From Bacteroidia bacterium (GTDB taxonomy: Bacteria; Bacteroidota; Bacteroidia; M30B66), in assembly GCA_965279035.1 (NCBI GenBank), contig OZ257142.1, positions 2,880,001 to 2,944,000 on the forward strand: 64,000 nucleotides of DNA, in the 5' to 3' direction. The stretch's first letter is position 1; the number at the start of each line of letters is the position of its first letter. Under the pieces are notes generated by a model. That model ran no database searches and was not told the DNA's origin. It saw only the letters and a program-made list of their open reading frames with translations. Shown in pieces: positions 1 through 8,394 of this stretch. The translations under genes were made by a program, and so were the position numbers.

Positions 1-387
1 GAAGTATTTGATGTGTATTTTCAAGAAGCAATTGCAGGAAAAATGGCTTTTGCAATTGAAGATGTAAAAACAAGAAAAATCATCGGAAGTACTCGATTAT
101 ACAACTATTTCCCTGAAAAGAAATCCATTGCAATTGGCTATACATTTCTAACTCGTCAGTATTGGGGAGGTATTTATAATCAAGCGATGAAGAAACTCTT
201 AACAGAGTATGCTTTTCAGTTTTCTGATGAGATAATTTTGCATATTGGAGCTAAAAATATACGTTCTCAAAAGGCAACTGAAAAATTGGGTGCATTAAAA
301 ATAGCTGAGGAAAATATTCCTTCCCAAGATGAATCAAACACATTAAATTTTGTATATCAATTAAAGAAATCACTTTCAAACCTATAA
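1..387 (+). CDS. GNAT (RimJ/RimL-like) N-acetyltransferase, 5' truncated by window edge
   Basis: Frame open from base 1; motifs IIGSTR, IGYTFL..YWG, NIRSQKATEKLGA typical of Acetyltransf_3 GNATs. Confidence 0.8.
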   Translation, partial: EVFDVYFQEAIAGKMAFAIEDVKTRKIIGSTRLYNYFPEKKSIAIGYTFLTRQYWGGIYNQAMKKLLTEYAFQFSDEIILHIGAKNIRSQKATEKLGALKIAEENIPSQDESNTLNFVYQLKKSLSNL

Positions 388-457
388 TTCAAGCTAAAAA
401 TGAAGTACGTTGAGCGTGTCGATTCGTATCCAAGCAAACAAAAAAAAACAAATTCCT

Positions 458-973
458 ATGAATTATCCACTACCATCCGAATATAAACCCTATTTCCATC
501 GCTATATAAGTTTGGTAAAAGGCGAAGATTTTTTTGAGCAATACGATAAAACAAACCTTGAATTCATTCAATTCCTAGAATCAATCCCACTTGAAAAACA
601 TGATTATTTCTATGCTCCGGGAAAATGGACAATTAAACAAATCCTTCGTCATCTGATTGATTGTGATCGGGTATTTGGATATCGTGCTCTTGTTGCAGCG
701 CGTGGAGATAAATCACTTTTATATTCTTTCGATGAGGATTCCTATGCTCAGGTTTCTGCACATGAAACGTGTAGTTTGAATTATCTGATAGAAGAATTTA
801 AAGCTGTTCGGTTTTCGAATCGTTGCTTATTCGAACAAGTAACAGAAGAACAATCTACATCGCTTGCAAATACCGAAGGACACCCCATGTCGGTTCGAGC
901 CATTGCATACATTCTCATTGGGCATGTTTTACATCATACTTCCGTAATAAAAGAACGCTACTTGAAAGTATAA
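458..973 (+). CDS. DinB family protein
   Basis: YAPGKWTIKQILRHLIDCDRVFGYRAL and GHVLHH His motifs; ATG at 458 preferred over TTG at 410. Confidence 0.85.
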   Translation: MNYPLPSEYKPYFHRYISLVKGEDFFEQYDKTNLEFIQFLESIPLEKHDYFYAPGKWTIKQILRHLIDCDRVFGYRALVAARGDKSLLYSFDEDSYAQVSAHETCSLNYLIEEFKAVRFSNRCLFEQVTEEQSTSLANTEGHPMSVRAIAYILIGHVLHHTSVIKERYLKV

Positions 974-982
974 TAAGTTAGA

Positions 983-1915
983 ATGATTTATCGATTCTTC
1001 GTATATACATTTCTTCTTGCATGCATTTCATCAACAGTAATTGCAAAGAATCACATTGATAATCAACCTAAAATTGCATTAAGTTTTGATGATGGTTCTA
1101 CGAGTGATATGCCCGGCTATTCACTCGAAAAATGGAATGAGCTTTTACTCAAACATCTTCAAAAATATCAAATTCAATCAGCATTATTTTCCTCAGGAAA
1201 AAACAAACAAAATATCAAAGGAAAATTCATTTTAAATTCCTGGAATGCTGCGGGACATCGAATAGGGAATCATTCTTTTTCTCATCAAAATTTCAATAAT
1301 CCTACTTATTCACTTTTACAGTTTGAACAGGATTTTTTAAAAAACGACTCAATCATTCGTTTATATAGCAATTACTTTCCTTTCTTTCGGTTTCCATTTC
1401 TCAAAGAAGGAAATACAGCAGAAAAAGTGAACGGATTTCGAGATTTTCTGAAATCAAAAGGATATTCAAATGCACATGTCAGTATTGATGCTTCGGATTG
1501 GTATATTGATGCTCGTTTGGTAAAACGCTTGAAACAACAACCTAAAGCCAATATCAGTGCTTATAAGAAATATTATATAGAACATTTATTTAATCGCGCT
1601 ACTTATTATGATTCGCTTGCGTTCCAACTCTGTGGGCGACATATTCATCATGTACTTTTATTGCATCATAATTTAGCCGCAGCGCTTTTTTTAGGCGATT
1701 TAATTGAATATTTCAAAGCGAATGGCTGGGAATTTACATCCATTGAAGATGCTTATAACGATGAATTTTATTCTCAAAAGCCCAGCATAATTCCAGCTGG
1801 CGAAAGTTTGGTTTGGGCTTTAGCTAAACAAAGTGGAAAATTTGAGTCTGTTCTCCGCTATCCAGCAGAAGATGGTGAATATGAACGTGAAGCAATGGAT
1901 AAACTTGGATTGTAA
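983..1915 (+). CDS. Polysaccharide deacetylase (NodB/CE4-like), secreted
   Basis: Signal peptide; LSFDDG, GNHSFSH, FRFPFL and LLHHN motifs. Confidence 0.85.
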   Translation: MIYRFFVYTFLLACISSTVIAKNHIDNQPKIALSFDDGSTSDMPGYSLEKWNELLLKHLQKYQIQSALFSSGKNKQNIKGKFILNSWNAAGHRIGNHSFSHQNFNNPTYSLLQFEQDFLKNDSIIRLYSNYFPFFRFPFLKEGNTAEKVNGFRDFLKSKGYSNAHVSIDASDWYIDARLVKRLKQQPKANISAYKKYYIEHLFNRATYYDSLAFQLCGRHIHHVLLLHHNLAAALFLGDLIEYFKANGWEFTSIEDAYNDEFYSQKPSIIPAGESLVWALAKQSGKFESVLRYPAEDGEYEREAMDKLGL

Positions 1916-1995
1916 TTTCAGTCACATTTTCTAATACAGACCAAATTTGTAATTAAACGAACTTAAATCAATCTGTTGTAAACCTCTATAATTAT

Positions 1996-2038
1996 ATGAT
2001 TTCTATCAGTTAAATTATTTATTTGACTTGTAATTTTG
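1996..2038 (+). promoter_or_regulatory. Putative Crp/Fnr-type box (ATGAT-N4-ATCAG) plus Bacteroidota -7 box TAATTTTG for the desaturase
   Basis: TGAT-TTCT-ATCA palindrome at 1997-2008; TAATTTTG at 2031-2038, 17 nt before the ATG. Confidence 0.55.
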
Positions 2039-2055
2039 CATTCAAATTTTAATCA

Positions 2056-3144
2056 ATGAAAACCGTTAAGTTTGTTAGTAACGATTTGCATCAGAAGCAA
2101 TTTGCCGCAGAAGTCAGAAAAAATGTTTTAGCCTATTTTAAAGAGAATAAACTTTCAACGAAAGGAGATGCAGGCTTATTATTTCGTTCAATTATAATGG
2201 TTTTGTTATATGTGGTTCCATTTATTTTATTTTTCATTTTCCCAATTCCTAATATACTAGCAATTTTTTTTACAATCCTTATGGGAATTGGTATTGCAGG
2301 AACTGGTATGTGTACAATGCACGATGCCGTTCATGGTGCATACTCTTCAAAAAAATGGATGAATACTCTCATGGGTGGTACTTTGTATTTATTAGGAAGC
2401 AATGTATTTAACTGGAAAATTCAACACAATGTACTTCACCACACCTATACGAATATAAATGGTTTAGATCAGGATATTGAATCAAAAGGTCCAATTCGAC
2501 TTTCAGAAAATGCTCCTCTAAAACAATTTCACAAATACCAATTTATACATGCCTTTCTTTTTTATGGATTGATGACTTTAGCTAAGCTGACAAAGGATTT
2601 TACTCAATTAGCATCCTATAATAAAGCAGGAATTACAAAGAATTATAAATTCAATCCAACTATAGAATACATTAAAATGGTTATCTACAAATTAGTGTAT
2701 TTGATGATTATTATCGGACTTCCCATTGCATTTACTAATTATACTTGGTGGCAAGTTCTCATAGGATTTTTAATTATGCATTGGACAGCAGGTGTTATTC
2801 TAAGTACTGTATTCCAAATGGCTCATGTTGTTGAAGGTGCAGAACAACCAATCCCTGATAAAAATGGGATAATTGCCTGTGATTGGACCGTTCATGAATT
2901 GAACACGACTTCTGATTTTGCACCCAAAAACAAATTATTTAATTGGTATGTAGGCGGATTGAACTTCCAAATCGAACATCATATTTTCCCTAATATTTGT
3001 CACATACATTATCCTAAAATTGCCCCCATCGTTGAGGCAACTGCACATAAATACGGATATCAATATAATCTCAAACCAACTTTATGGGATGCGTTTAAAT
3101 CCCATGTTATTCGTTTAAAAGAACTAGGACATACAATCGCTTAG
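2056..3144 (+). CDS. Membrane fatty acid (acyl-CoA) desaturase
   Basis: Three His boxes HDAVH, HNVLHH and QIEHH; transmembrane segments. Confidence 0.92.
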   Translation: MKTVKFVSNDLHQKQFAAEVRKNVLAYFKENKLSTKGDAGLLFRSIIMVLLYVVPFILFFIFPIPNILAIFFTILMGIGIAGTGMCTMHDAVHGAYSSKKWMNTLMGGTLYLLGSNVFNWKIQHNVLHHTYTNINGLDQDIESKGPIRLSENAPLKQFHKYQFIHAFLFYGLMTLAKLTKDFTQLASYNKAGITKNYKFNPTIEYIKMVIYKLVYLMIIIGLPIAFTNYTWWQVLIGFLIMHWTAGVILSTVFQMAHVVEGAEQPIPDKNGIIACDWTVHELNTTSDFAPKNKLFNWYVGGLNFQIEHHIFPNICHIHYPKIAPIVEATAHKYGYQYNLKPTLWDAFKSHVIRLKELGHTIA

Positions 3145-3234
3145 TGTTATTTGATTCGAATAAATCAAGAAATTAGTATTTCTAAAACGTTCTATTTGAT
3201 ATTAAGTATAACCCTCTTTCTTTGCATTTAAATT

Positions 3235-5712
3235 GTGCTTCTTGAAATGGGCGTTTTACGTGTCGGATATTGTTTGATTGTTTCTTTTCTTTTGTTAGGA
3301 ATAAGGATGGATATTCAGGCTCAGTCTATCCGTATTATGGGGAGAATATTTGATTCTGCAACGAATAAGCCGATTGAATTTGTCATTATTTCAGCATTAT
3401 CTCCTTCAGATAGTCTGTTAGGTGGTGGATTAAGTCAAGGGAATGGAGATTTCGTGTTGGAAAACATCTCCCGAAAAACGAGTAAAATCAAAATACAATT
3501 TATTGGTTACGAAACTCAGATTATTTATCTTAAAACTGAGGCTTCCATATCATTGTATGATTTGGGAAATATCCATTTGAAAATAAATCAACAACAACTA
3601 AAAGAAGTTACTATTGAAGGTGAGAAATCTCAAATGACTTTAGGCATCGACCGACGAATCTATCAAGTAGATAAAGACATAGGTGCAAAAGGTGGAACTG
3701 CACTCGATGCGATAAAAAATATTCCTGGAATAACTGTGGGCAGCGACAATTCAGTTCAATTAAGAAATCAAGGACCAACAATCTTTGTTGATGGACGACC
3801 GAGTTTACTCAGTTTAGATCAAATTCCAGCCGACGATATTGATCGTATTGAAGTAATTACCAATCCATCGGTTAAATATTCTGCAAGTGCAACAGGAGGT
3901 ATTTTGAATGTTGTTTTGAAAAAGAACCTTCGCCCAGGTTATTTCGGTTCTCTCAGTGCAGGAATAGGCAGCAACAATCGGTATTCAACAAATGGGAATA
4001 TTAGTGTTAGAGAAAAGAAATTTAGTATTCAACTATCCGGTAATTATGGCTCATCGCAAAATCATAATAATGGATTTACTCGAAGGGAAAGTTTCACATC
4101 AGGAATTTCTTCAGGGAAATTTAATCTAGATAATTCAAATTTAACAAGTCGTTGGAATTCAAGTGGCCGTATTGCTGCTGATTATAAAATCAATATTCGT
4201 TCGCTATTAAGTGCAAATTATAGCTATTCAGAAAATGGTGTAAACACTTCTGAAAATCAAGATTACACTAGTAAAGACAGTCTTTCTCAACTAGTCAATT
4301 CTGGAAATCGAAACAATGATTTGAAGAACAACTGGAAAATACATTCTGCTCAAATTCTATTCAAAAAGAACTACCCAAAACAAGGAAAAGAATTAAGCGC
4401 CGATATTGGATTAACGCATTCGGATAATTATAATTTCTCGCTATTTGATACCTATACAACAAGCAATTTGTTAAATCCGAATTACATTCCTCATGAACAA
4501 CAAAATAATACAGGTAATCGCTCAGCTACGCTTTACAATGGACAAATAGACTATTCAAATCCCTTAAATGCCACTAGCCGCTTAGAATGGGGTGCTCGAA
4601 TTGCCTATAAACAATCGTTTTCCGACTTTGAAGTCAATGCCATAAATCCAATAAATAATCAAATAATAAGTGATACCGGGCTTTCCAATGCCTTTCGTGT
4701 GGATGATTTTATTGGAGCGGCCTATTTGAATTATGCGGGAAAATTAGGTCCATTTCTTTATCAAGCTGGAATAAGATATGAGCATACTTGGTTTGTTGCT
4801 GAATCTCAAAAAACTGGGCAACATTACAGCTATATCTATCCAAATTCAATTCATGATATAGACAAAGTACTTTTTCCGGCGATTTACTTTTCTAAAAAAA
4901 TAAAAGAAAATCACGAGTTCCAATTGAATTTCTCTAGAAAAATTGGGCGGCCAGGATATATGCAATTAATCCCTTTTATCACTTATGCTGATCGACAAAG
5001 TGTGCAAATTGGAAATCCAGTTTTAGGTCCAGAATTCATAAATCTTGCTGAATTTAATTACAGTTTCCAAGGAAATAAATTCAGTGTTTTGAGTGGAATT
5101 TATACTCGACAAACTTTACAAGCTATCACAACTGTATTGTATAAATCTCCAAGCAATCCGGATATTTTGGTTAGTTCATTTGGAAATGGAAAAGACAAAT
5201 TCGATTTTGGATGGGAAAACACATGGAAACAGAAAATCGTTTCCTGGTTAGATTTTAGTTTAAACACCCATGTTTTTTACAGTAAAATCAGCTTAGAGCA
5301 AAAGGGGATTATAACTCAAAATGAAGGTACTAGCTGGAATGCAAAAACAATGTTCAGCATCAAAGCATCAAAAAAACTGAGTTTTCAAGTGAACGGAAGC
5401 TATGAAGCACCGCGAATCATCCCGCAAGGAACGATCAATGCCATTTGGTTTTCGGATGTTTCTTGCAACTTAACAATTAATAAAAAATTCTCCGCTTCTG
5501 CCACTTTAAGTGATGTGTTTAATACCAAACGATATGGCACAAGCTATCAGAGTTTAAGCTTCAATCAGGATATCTCACGTCGTTGGGAAACACGCTATGT
5601 GCGAGTGAATATTACATGGAAATTTGGCGAACCGGATGTATCGCTATTTCGTCGTAGAAATAATTCCAGAAGAGAACCCGGAAGCGGTGGAACAGAAATG
5701 CAGGAATTGTAG
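3235..5712 (+). CDS. TonB-dependent receptor-like outer membrane beta-barrel protein
   Basis: N-terminal carboxypeptidase-regulatory-like domain (IQFIGYE), plug motif IDRIEVITNPS..GGILNVVLKK, GNPVLGPE, C-terminal YVRVNITWKFG; start codon uncertain. Confidence 0.85.
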   Translation: MLLEMGVLRVGYCLIVSFLLLGIRMDIQAQSIRIMGRIFDSATNKPIEFVIISALSPSDSLLGGGLSQGNGDFVLENISRKTSKIKIQFIGYETQIIYLKTEASISLYDLGNIHLKINQQQLKEVTIEGEKSQMTLGIDRRIYQVDKDIGAKGGTALDAIKNIPGITVGSDNSVQLRNQGPTIFVDGRPSLLSLDQIPADDIDRIEVITNPSVKYSASATGGILNVVLKKNLRPGYFGSLSAGIGSNNRYSTNGNISVREKKFSIQLSGNYGSSQNHNNGFTRRESFTSGISSGKFNLDNSNLTSRWNSSGRIAADYKINIRSLLSANYSYSENGVNTSENQDYTSKDSLSQLVNSGNRNNDLKNNWKIHSAQILFKKNYPKQGKELSADIGLTHSDNYNFSLFDTYTTSNLLNPNYIPHEQQNNTGNRSATLYNGQIDYSNPLNATSRLEWGARIAYKQSFSDFEVNAINPINNQIISDTGLSNAFRVDDFIGAAYLNYAGKLGPFLYQAGIRYEHTWFVAESQKTGQHYSYIYPNSIHDIDKVLFPAIYFSKKIKENHEFQLNFSRKIGRPGYMQLIPFITYADRQSVQIGNPVLGPEFINLAEFNYSFQGNKFSVLSGIYTRQTLQAITTVLYKSPSNPDILVSSFGNGKDKFDFGWENTWKQKIVSWLDFSLNTHVFYSKISLEQKGIITQNEGTSWNAKTMFSIKASKKLSFQVNGSYEAPRIIPQGTINAIWFSDVSCNLTINKKFSASATLSDVFNTKRYGTSYQSLSFNQDISRRWETRYVRVNITWKFGEPDVSLFRRRNNSRREPGSGGTEMQEL

Positions 5713-5714
5713 AT

Positions 5715-5749
5715 TCGATGTACGTAAATCGTTGTACGTATTTCGTTAA
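5715..5749. repeat. Five imperfect heptamers between convergent genes
   Basis: tcgatgt acgtaaa tcgttgt acgtatt tcgttaa (WCG at period 7). Confidence 0.6.
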
Positions 5750-5750
5750 A

Positions 5751-6119
5751 CTATTTATTTCTCAATTGATCCTCTTGGGCTTTAAATGCAACAATTCGTT
5801 CGATTAATTCAACAGGTAAAGGTTGATCTATTGGAAATTGAACTGCTCCTTTTGAACTTTTATAATGGCCAAATTCATGTTGAAAATGAGCGATACCTGA
5901 TCCCGTTGGATAAAATCCGATGTGTTTAGCATATCCGGCAAAATAAACGATGACTCGATTTAATTTATAGGCTGGCATTTTATAACTAATCACTTCTTCG
6001 GCTTGAGGAATTACTGAACGAATAATTGCACGAATATGCTGCAATTGTTTTTGTGTTGTTTCTGGAAATGAGTGAATATATTCATCTACTTCCGGATTTT
6101 TGAGATGAATGCTAGACAT
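5751..6119 (-). CDS. DUF1801/YdhG-like protein
   Basis: VDEYI..., AEEVISYKMPAY, HIGFYP, SKGAVQFP..QPLP. Confidence 0.88.
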   Translation of the reverse strand: MSSIHLKNPEVDEYIHSFPETTQKQLQHIRAIIRSVIPQAEEVISYKMPAYKLNRVIVYFAGYAKHIGFYPTGSGIAHFQHEFGHYKSSKGAVQFPIDQPLPVELIERIVAFKAQEDQLRNK

Positions 6120-6196
6120 AGTGAAAGAATTTAGAATGAATAAAAATTGTTTTACATCAACGAGAATACGACATTCGCCAAATTAATCAAACTTTT

Positions 6197-6415
6197 ATGG
6201 AAGAAATTATTACCAAAGACAGCAACGGAAACATTTTGAAAGACGGTGATTCTGTAAAATTAATCAAAGACCTCAAAGTGAAAGGTTCTTCCATCACTTT
6301 GAAGCGTGGAACCGTTGTTAAAAACATCAAATTGACCGATGATCCTGATGAAGTGGATTGTCGCGTTGAAAAAATGGGAATTGTACTTCGTACAGAATTT
6401 CTAGCCAAAGCTTAA
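6197..6415 (+). CDS. PhnA C-terminal domain protein (alkylphosphonate utilisation-like), no Zn ribbon
   Basis: KDSNGNILKDGDSVKLIKDLKVKGSS..KRGTVVKNI..LRTEFL. Confidence 0.85.
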   Translation: MEEIITKDSNGNILKDGDSVKLIKDLKVKGSSITLKRGTVVKNIKLTDDPDEVDCRVEKMGIVLRTEFLAKA

Positions 6416-6664
6416 AAAAGCTAATAATCCTATTATTGACATCAACAGTAGTTGTTGAGTAGAATTTTCATGCTTAATAATGAACCTTAATCTACCTGGC
6501 TGTGGTTCAAAAATTAATATTAATACCTTAAAAATAATATTTATCCTTCAACAATGATTATAGTTTACTCTTGGTTGAAAACATTGTTTTGCCTAAATAT
6601 TTATTTTTAATTAGTAAAATTAAGTTTAGAATCGGATCATAGCGATAGCTATTTCTGGGCAGTG

Positions 6665-6779
6665 ACTTCCCCCTCCCTCCTCCCGTCACATAGTGATCCC
6701 TACGGGTAAGGGACCACTATGTGGCAGGAGAGGTGAGATTATTACAGAACTAGAGTTGGCTTTGTCTAGGTGGGGAGGT
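6665..6779. repeat. GC-rich intergenic multi-hairpin (REP-like composite)
   Basis: 22-bp stem 6680-6701/6709-6730 (19 Watson-Crick pairs) enclosed by outer stem acttcccc (6665-6672)/ggggaggt (6772-6779). Confidence 0.7.
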
Positions 6780-6871
6780 AACGTTTCGAATTCTAGAAAA
6801 TTCAAATTCTAATACAGTTGAATGATTTACAGTAAACTGAATCTAGCTTAAATTGTAGGAAGTAAACATGA

Positions 6872-7063
6872 ATCTGGTGCGCTGGCCTGTCTGGGCGGCG
6901 AGGCAGCGTTTCGCCATTCCTGAGAAAAATATAACTCCCAGCACAATGGGCGAAAAATGGCATTGCGCGCTGAAGCATCGTCCAGACTTGAACTTCTTTG
7001 ATTACTTTCTTGTTTCAAGACAAGAAAGTAATACGTCGTAGACAAACATGAATGAATAATTGA
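6872..7063 (+). repeat. Structured dispersed element, copy A (candidate ncRNA or non-autonomous element)
   Basis: Shares blocks TGTCTGGGCGGCGAGG, AGCATCGTCCAGACTTGAACTTCTTT, TCAAGACAAGAAAGTA and CATGAATGA with 58202-58409; nested stems. Confidence 0.8.
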
Positions 7064-7160
7064 TATTATGCTAATAAAGCATTAATTAAATGAATGAACT
7101 GAAAAAACACTTTGATTACTAAACCACAAAAAAGTTTTTATATAATAATAATTCTGCCAA

Positions 7161-8135
7161 TTAAGCATGTAATGGTCGTTTCTTAACGATCCCGCCTTTT
7201 GTATCTTTCACACTATTCATTACTACAAATGCCTTGGGTTCGATCCGTTGAATTTCGGCATTCAACTTATTTAATTCCAAACGCGTAATCACCGTAAATA
7301 AAATATCGCGCTCTTCTGATTCGCCCGATTTTCCATATCCGCCTTTTCCTTTATACACAGTAACTCCACGACCTAAATCGTTGATAATCATCAATCGAAT
7401 TTCATCACAACGGGCGGCAATAATTGTTACTCCAATATATTCTTCAATCCCTTCAATTATAAAATCAAGTGTTTTAGAGGCAGATAAATAAGTAATCATC
7501 GAATACAAAGCTATTTCCATAGATAAGAAATAAGCTGCAGAAGAAAAAATAACAACATTTATGAGAATAATAATATCTCCAACTGTAGTCCCAATTTTCC
7601 GACTTAAATATATTGCTAATACCTCGGTCCCATCAATCACAGCGCCTCCTCGCATTGCTAAACCTATTCCAGCACCTAGAAAGAATCCACCAAAAACTGC
7701 AACAAGTAAATTATCATTTGTGACATTGGGAAAAGGGATTGTTGCTACACAAATAGCCAATCCAGTAATAGCTAATGCTGTTTTTATGGCAAATGTTTTC
7801 CCCATAAAATTCTTTCCAAGCAATACAAATGGAGCATTTATTACTATAAGTAAAACGAACAAAGGCCAATCTGTCAATGCTGATATGAGCAATGAAATTC
7901 CTGTTGCTCCTCCATCTATAAAATGATTGGTTAATAGAAATCCTTTAAATCCAAATGTAGCCGATAATATTCCTAAAGAAATCAATAAAAAATCCCGAAT
8001 AAATAATTGGAATTTCAACCGCAATAATCGGTATTGTCGACCAATAAAATAAGCAGAATTCAAATGACTTTCATTCACCTTCGAATCCTGAGATCGAATC
8101 AGTCGAATAATAACATTTCTAAAATAAGCTTTCAT
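7161..8135 (-). CDS. YitT/DUF2179 family membrane protein
   Basis: DGGATGISLL, GAGIGLAMRGGAVIDGTE, RGVTVYKGKGGY, IEPKAFV. Confidence 0.9.
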   Translation of the reverse strand: MKAYFRNVIIRLIRSQDSKVNESHLNSAYFIGRQYRLLRLKFQLFIRDFLLISLGILSATFGFKGFLLTNHFIDGGATGISLLISALTDWPLFVLLIVINAPFVLLGKNFMGKTFAIKTALAITGLAICVATIPFPNVTNDNLLVAVFGGFFLGAGIGLAMRGGAVIDGTEVLAIYLSRKIGTTVGDIIILINVVIFSSAAYFLSMEIALYSMITYLSASKTLDFIIEGIEEYIGVTIIAARCDEIRLMIINDLGRGVTVYKGKGGYGKSGESEERDILFTVITRLELNKLNAEIQRIEPKAFVVMNSVKDTKGGIVKKRPLHA

Positions 8136-8394
8136 CTAATACATGTTTGTTCATTTCCATTACGAATCAATGAAAATGAATCATACCAAATCGAAAAGAT
8201 GGAAGAACTAATCCACAATCGATTGTGATTTGATTAATATCCAATGGATCACTTAGAATTCAATTCATTCAAATCAACTACAAACCCAAGTAAGTTCTAA
8301 TTAAAATTACCCGCAACTCTTCGTGTACAAAACAGTTAATAATATACGTCAACAACATAAAAATATACTGACGATTTCGTACCTTCAAATTCTT

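Noticed and set aside
440-448. Poly-A tract as a phase-variation site
   Set aside because: Lies in an A-rich leader upstream of the likely ATG, which is normal for Bacteroidota translation initiation regions
6197-6415. PhnA lacking its Zn ribbon as a pseudogene
   Set aside because: Clean start and stop; stand-alone PhnA C-terminal proteins of this size are common
6864-7053. AAACATGAAT direct repeat flanking element copy A as a target-site duplication
   Set aside because: The 3' CATGAAT is also part of copy B, which has no matching 5' copy, so it cannot be called a TSD from two copies
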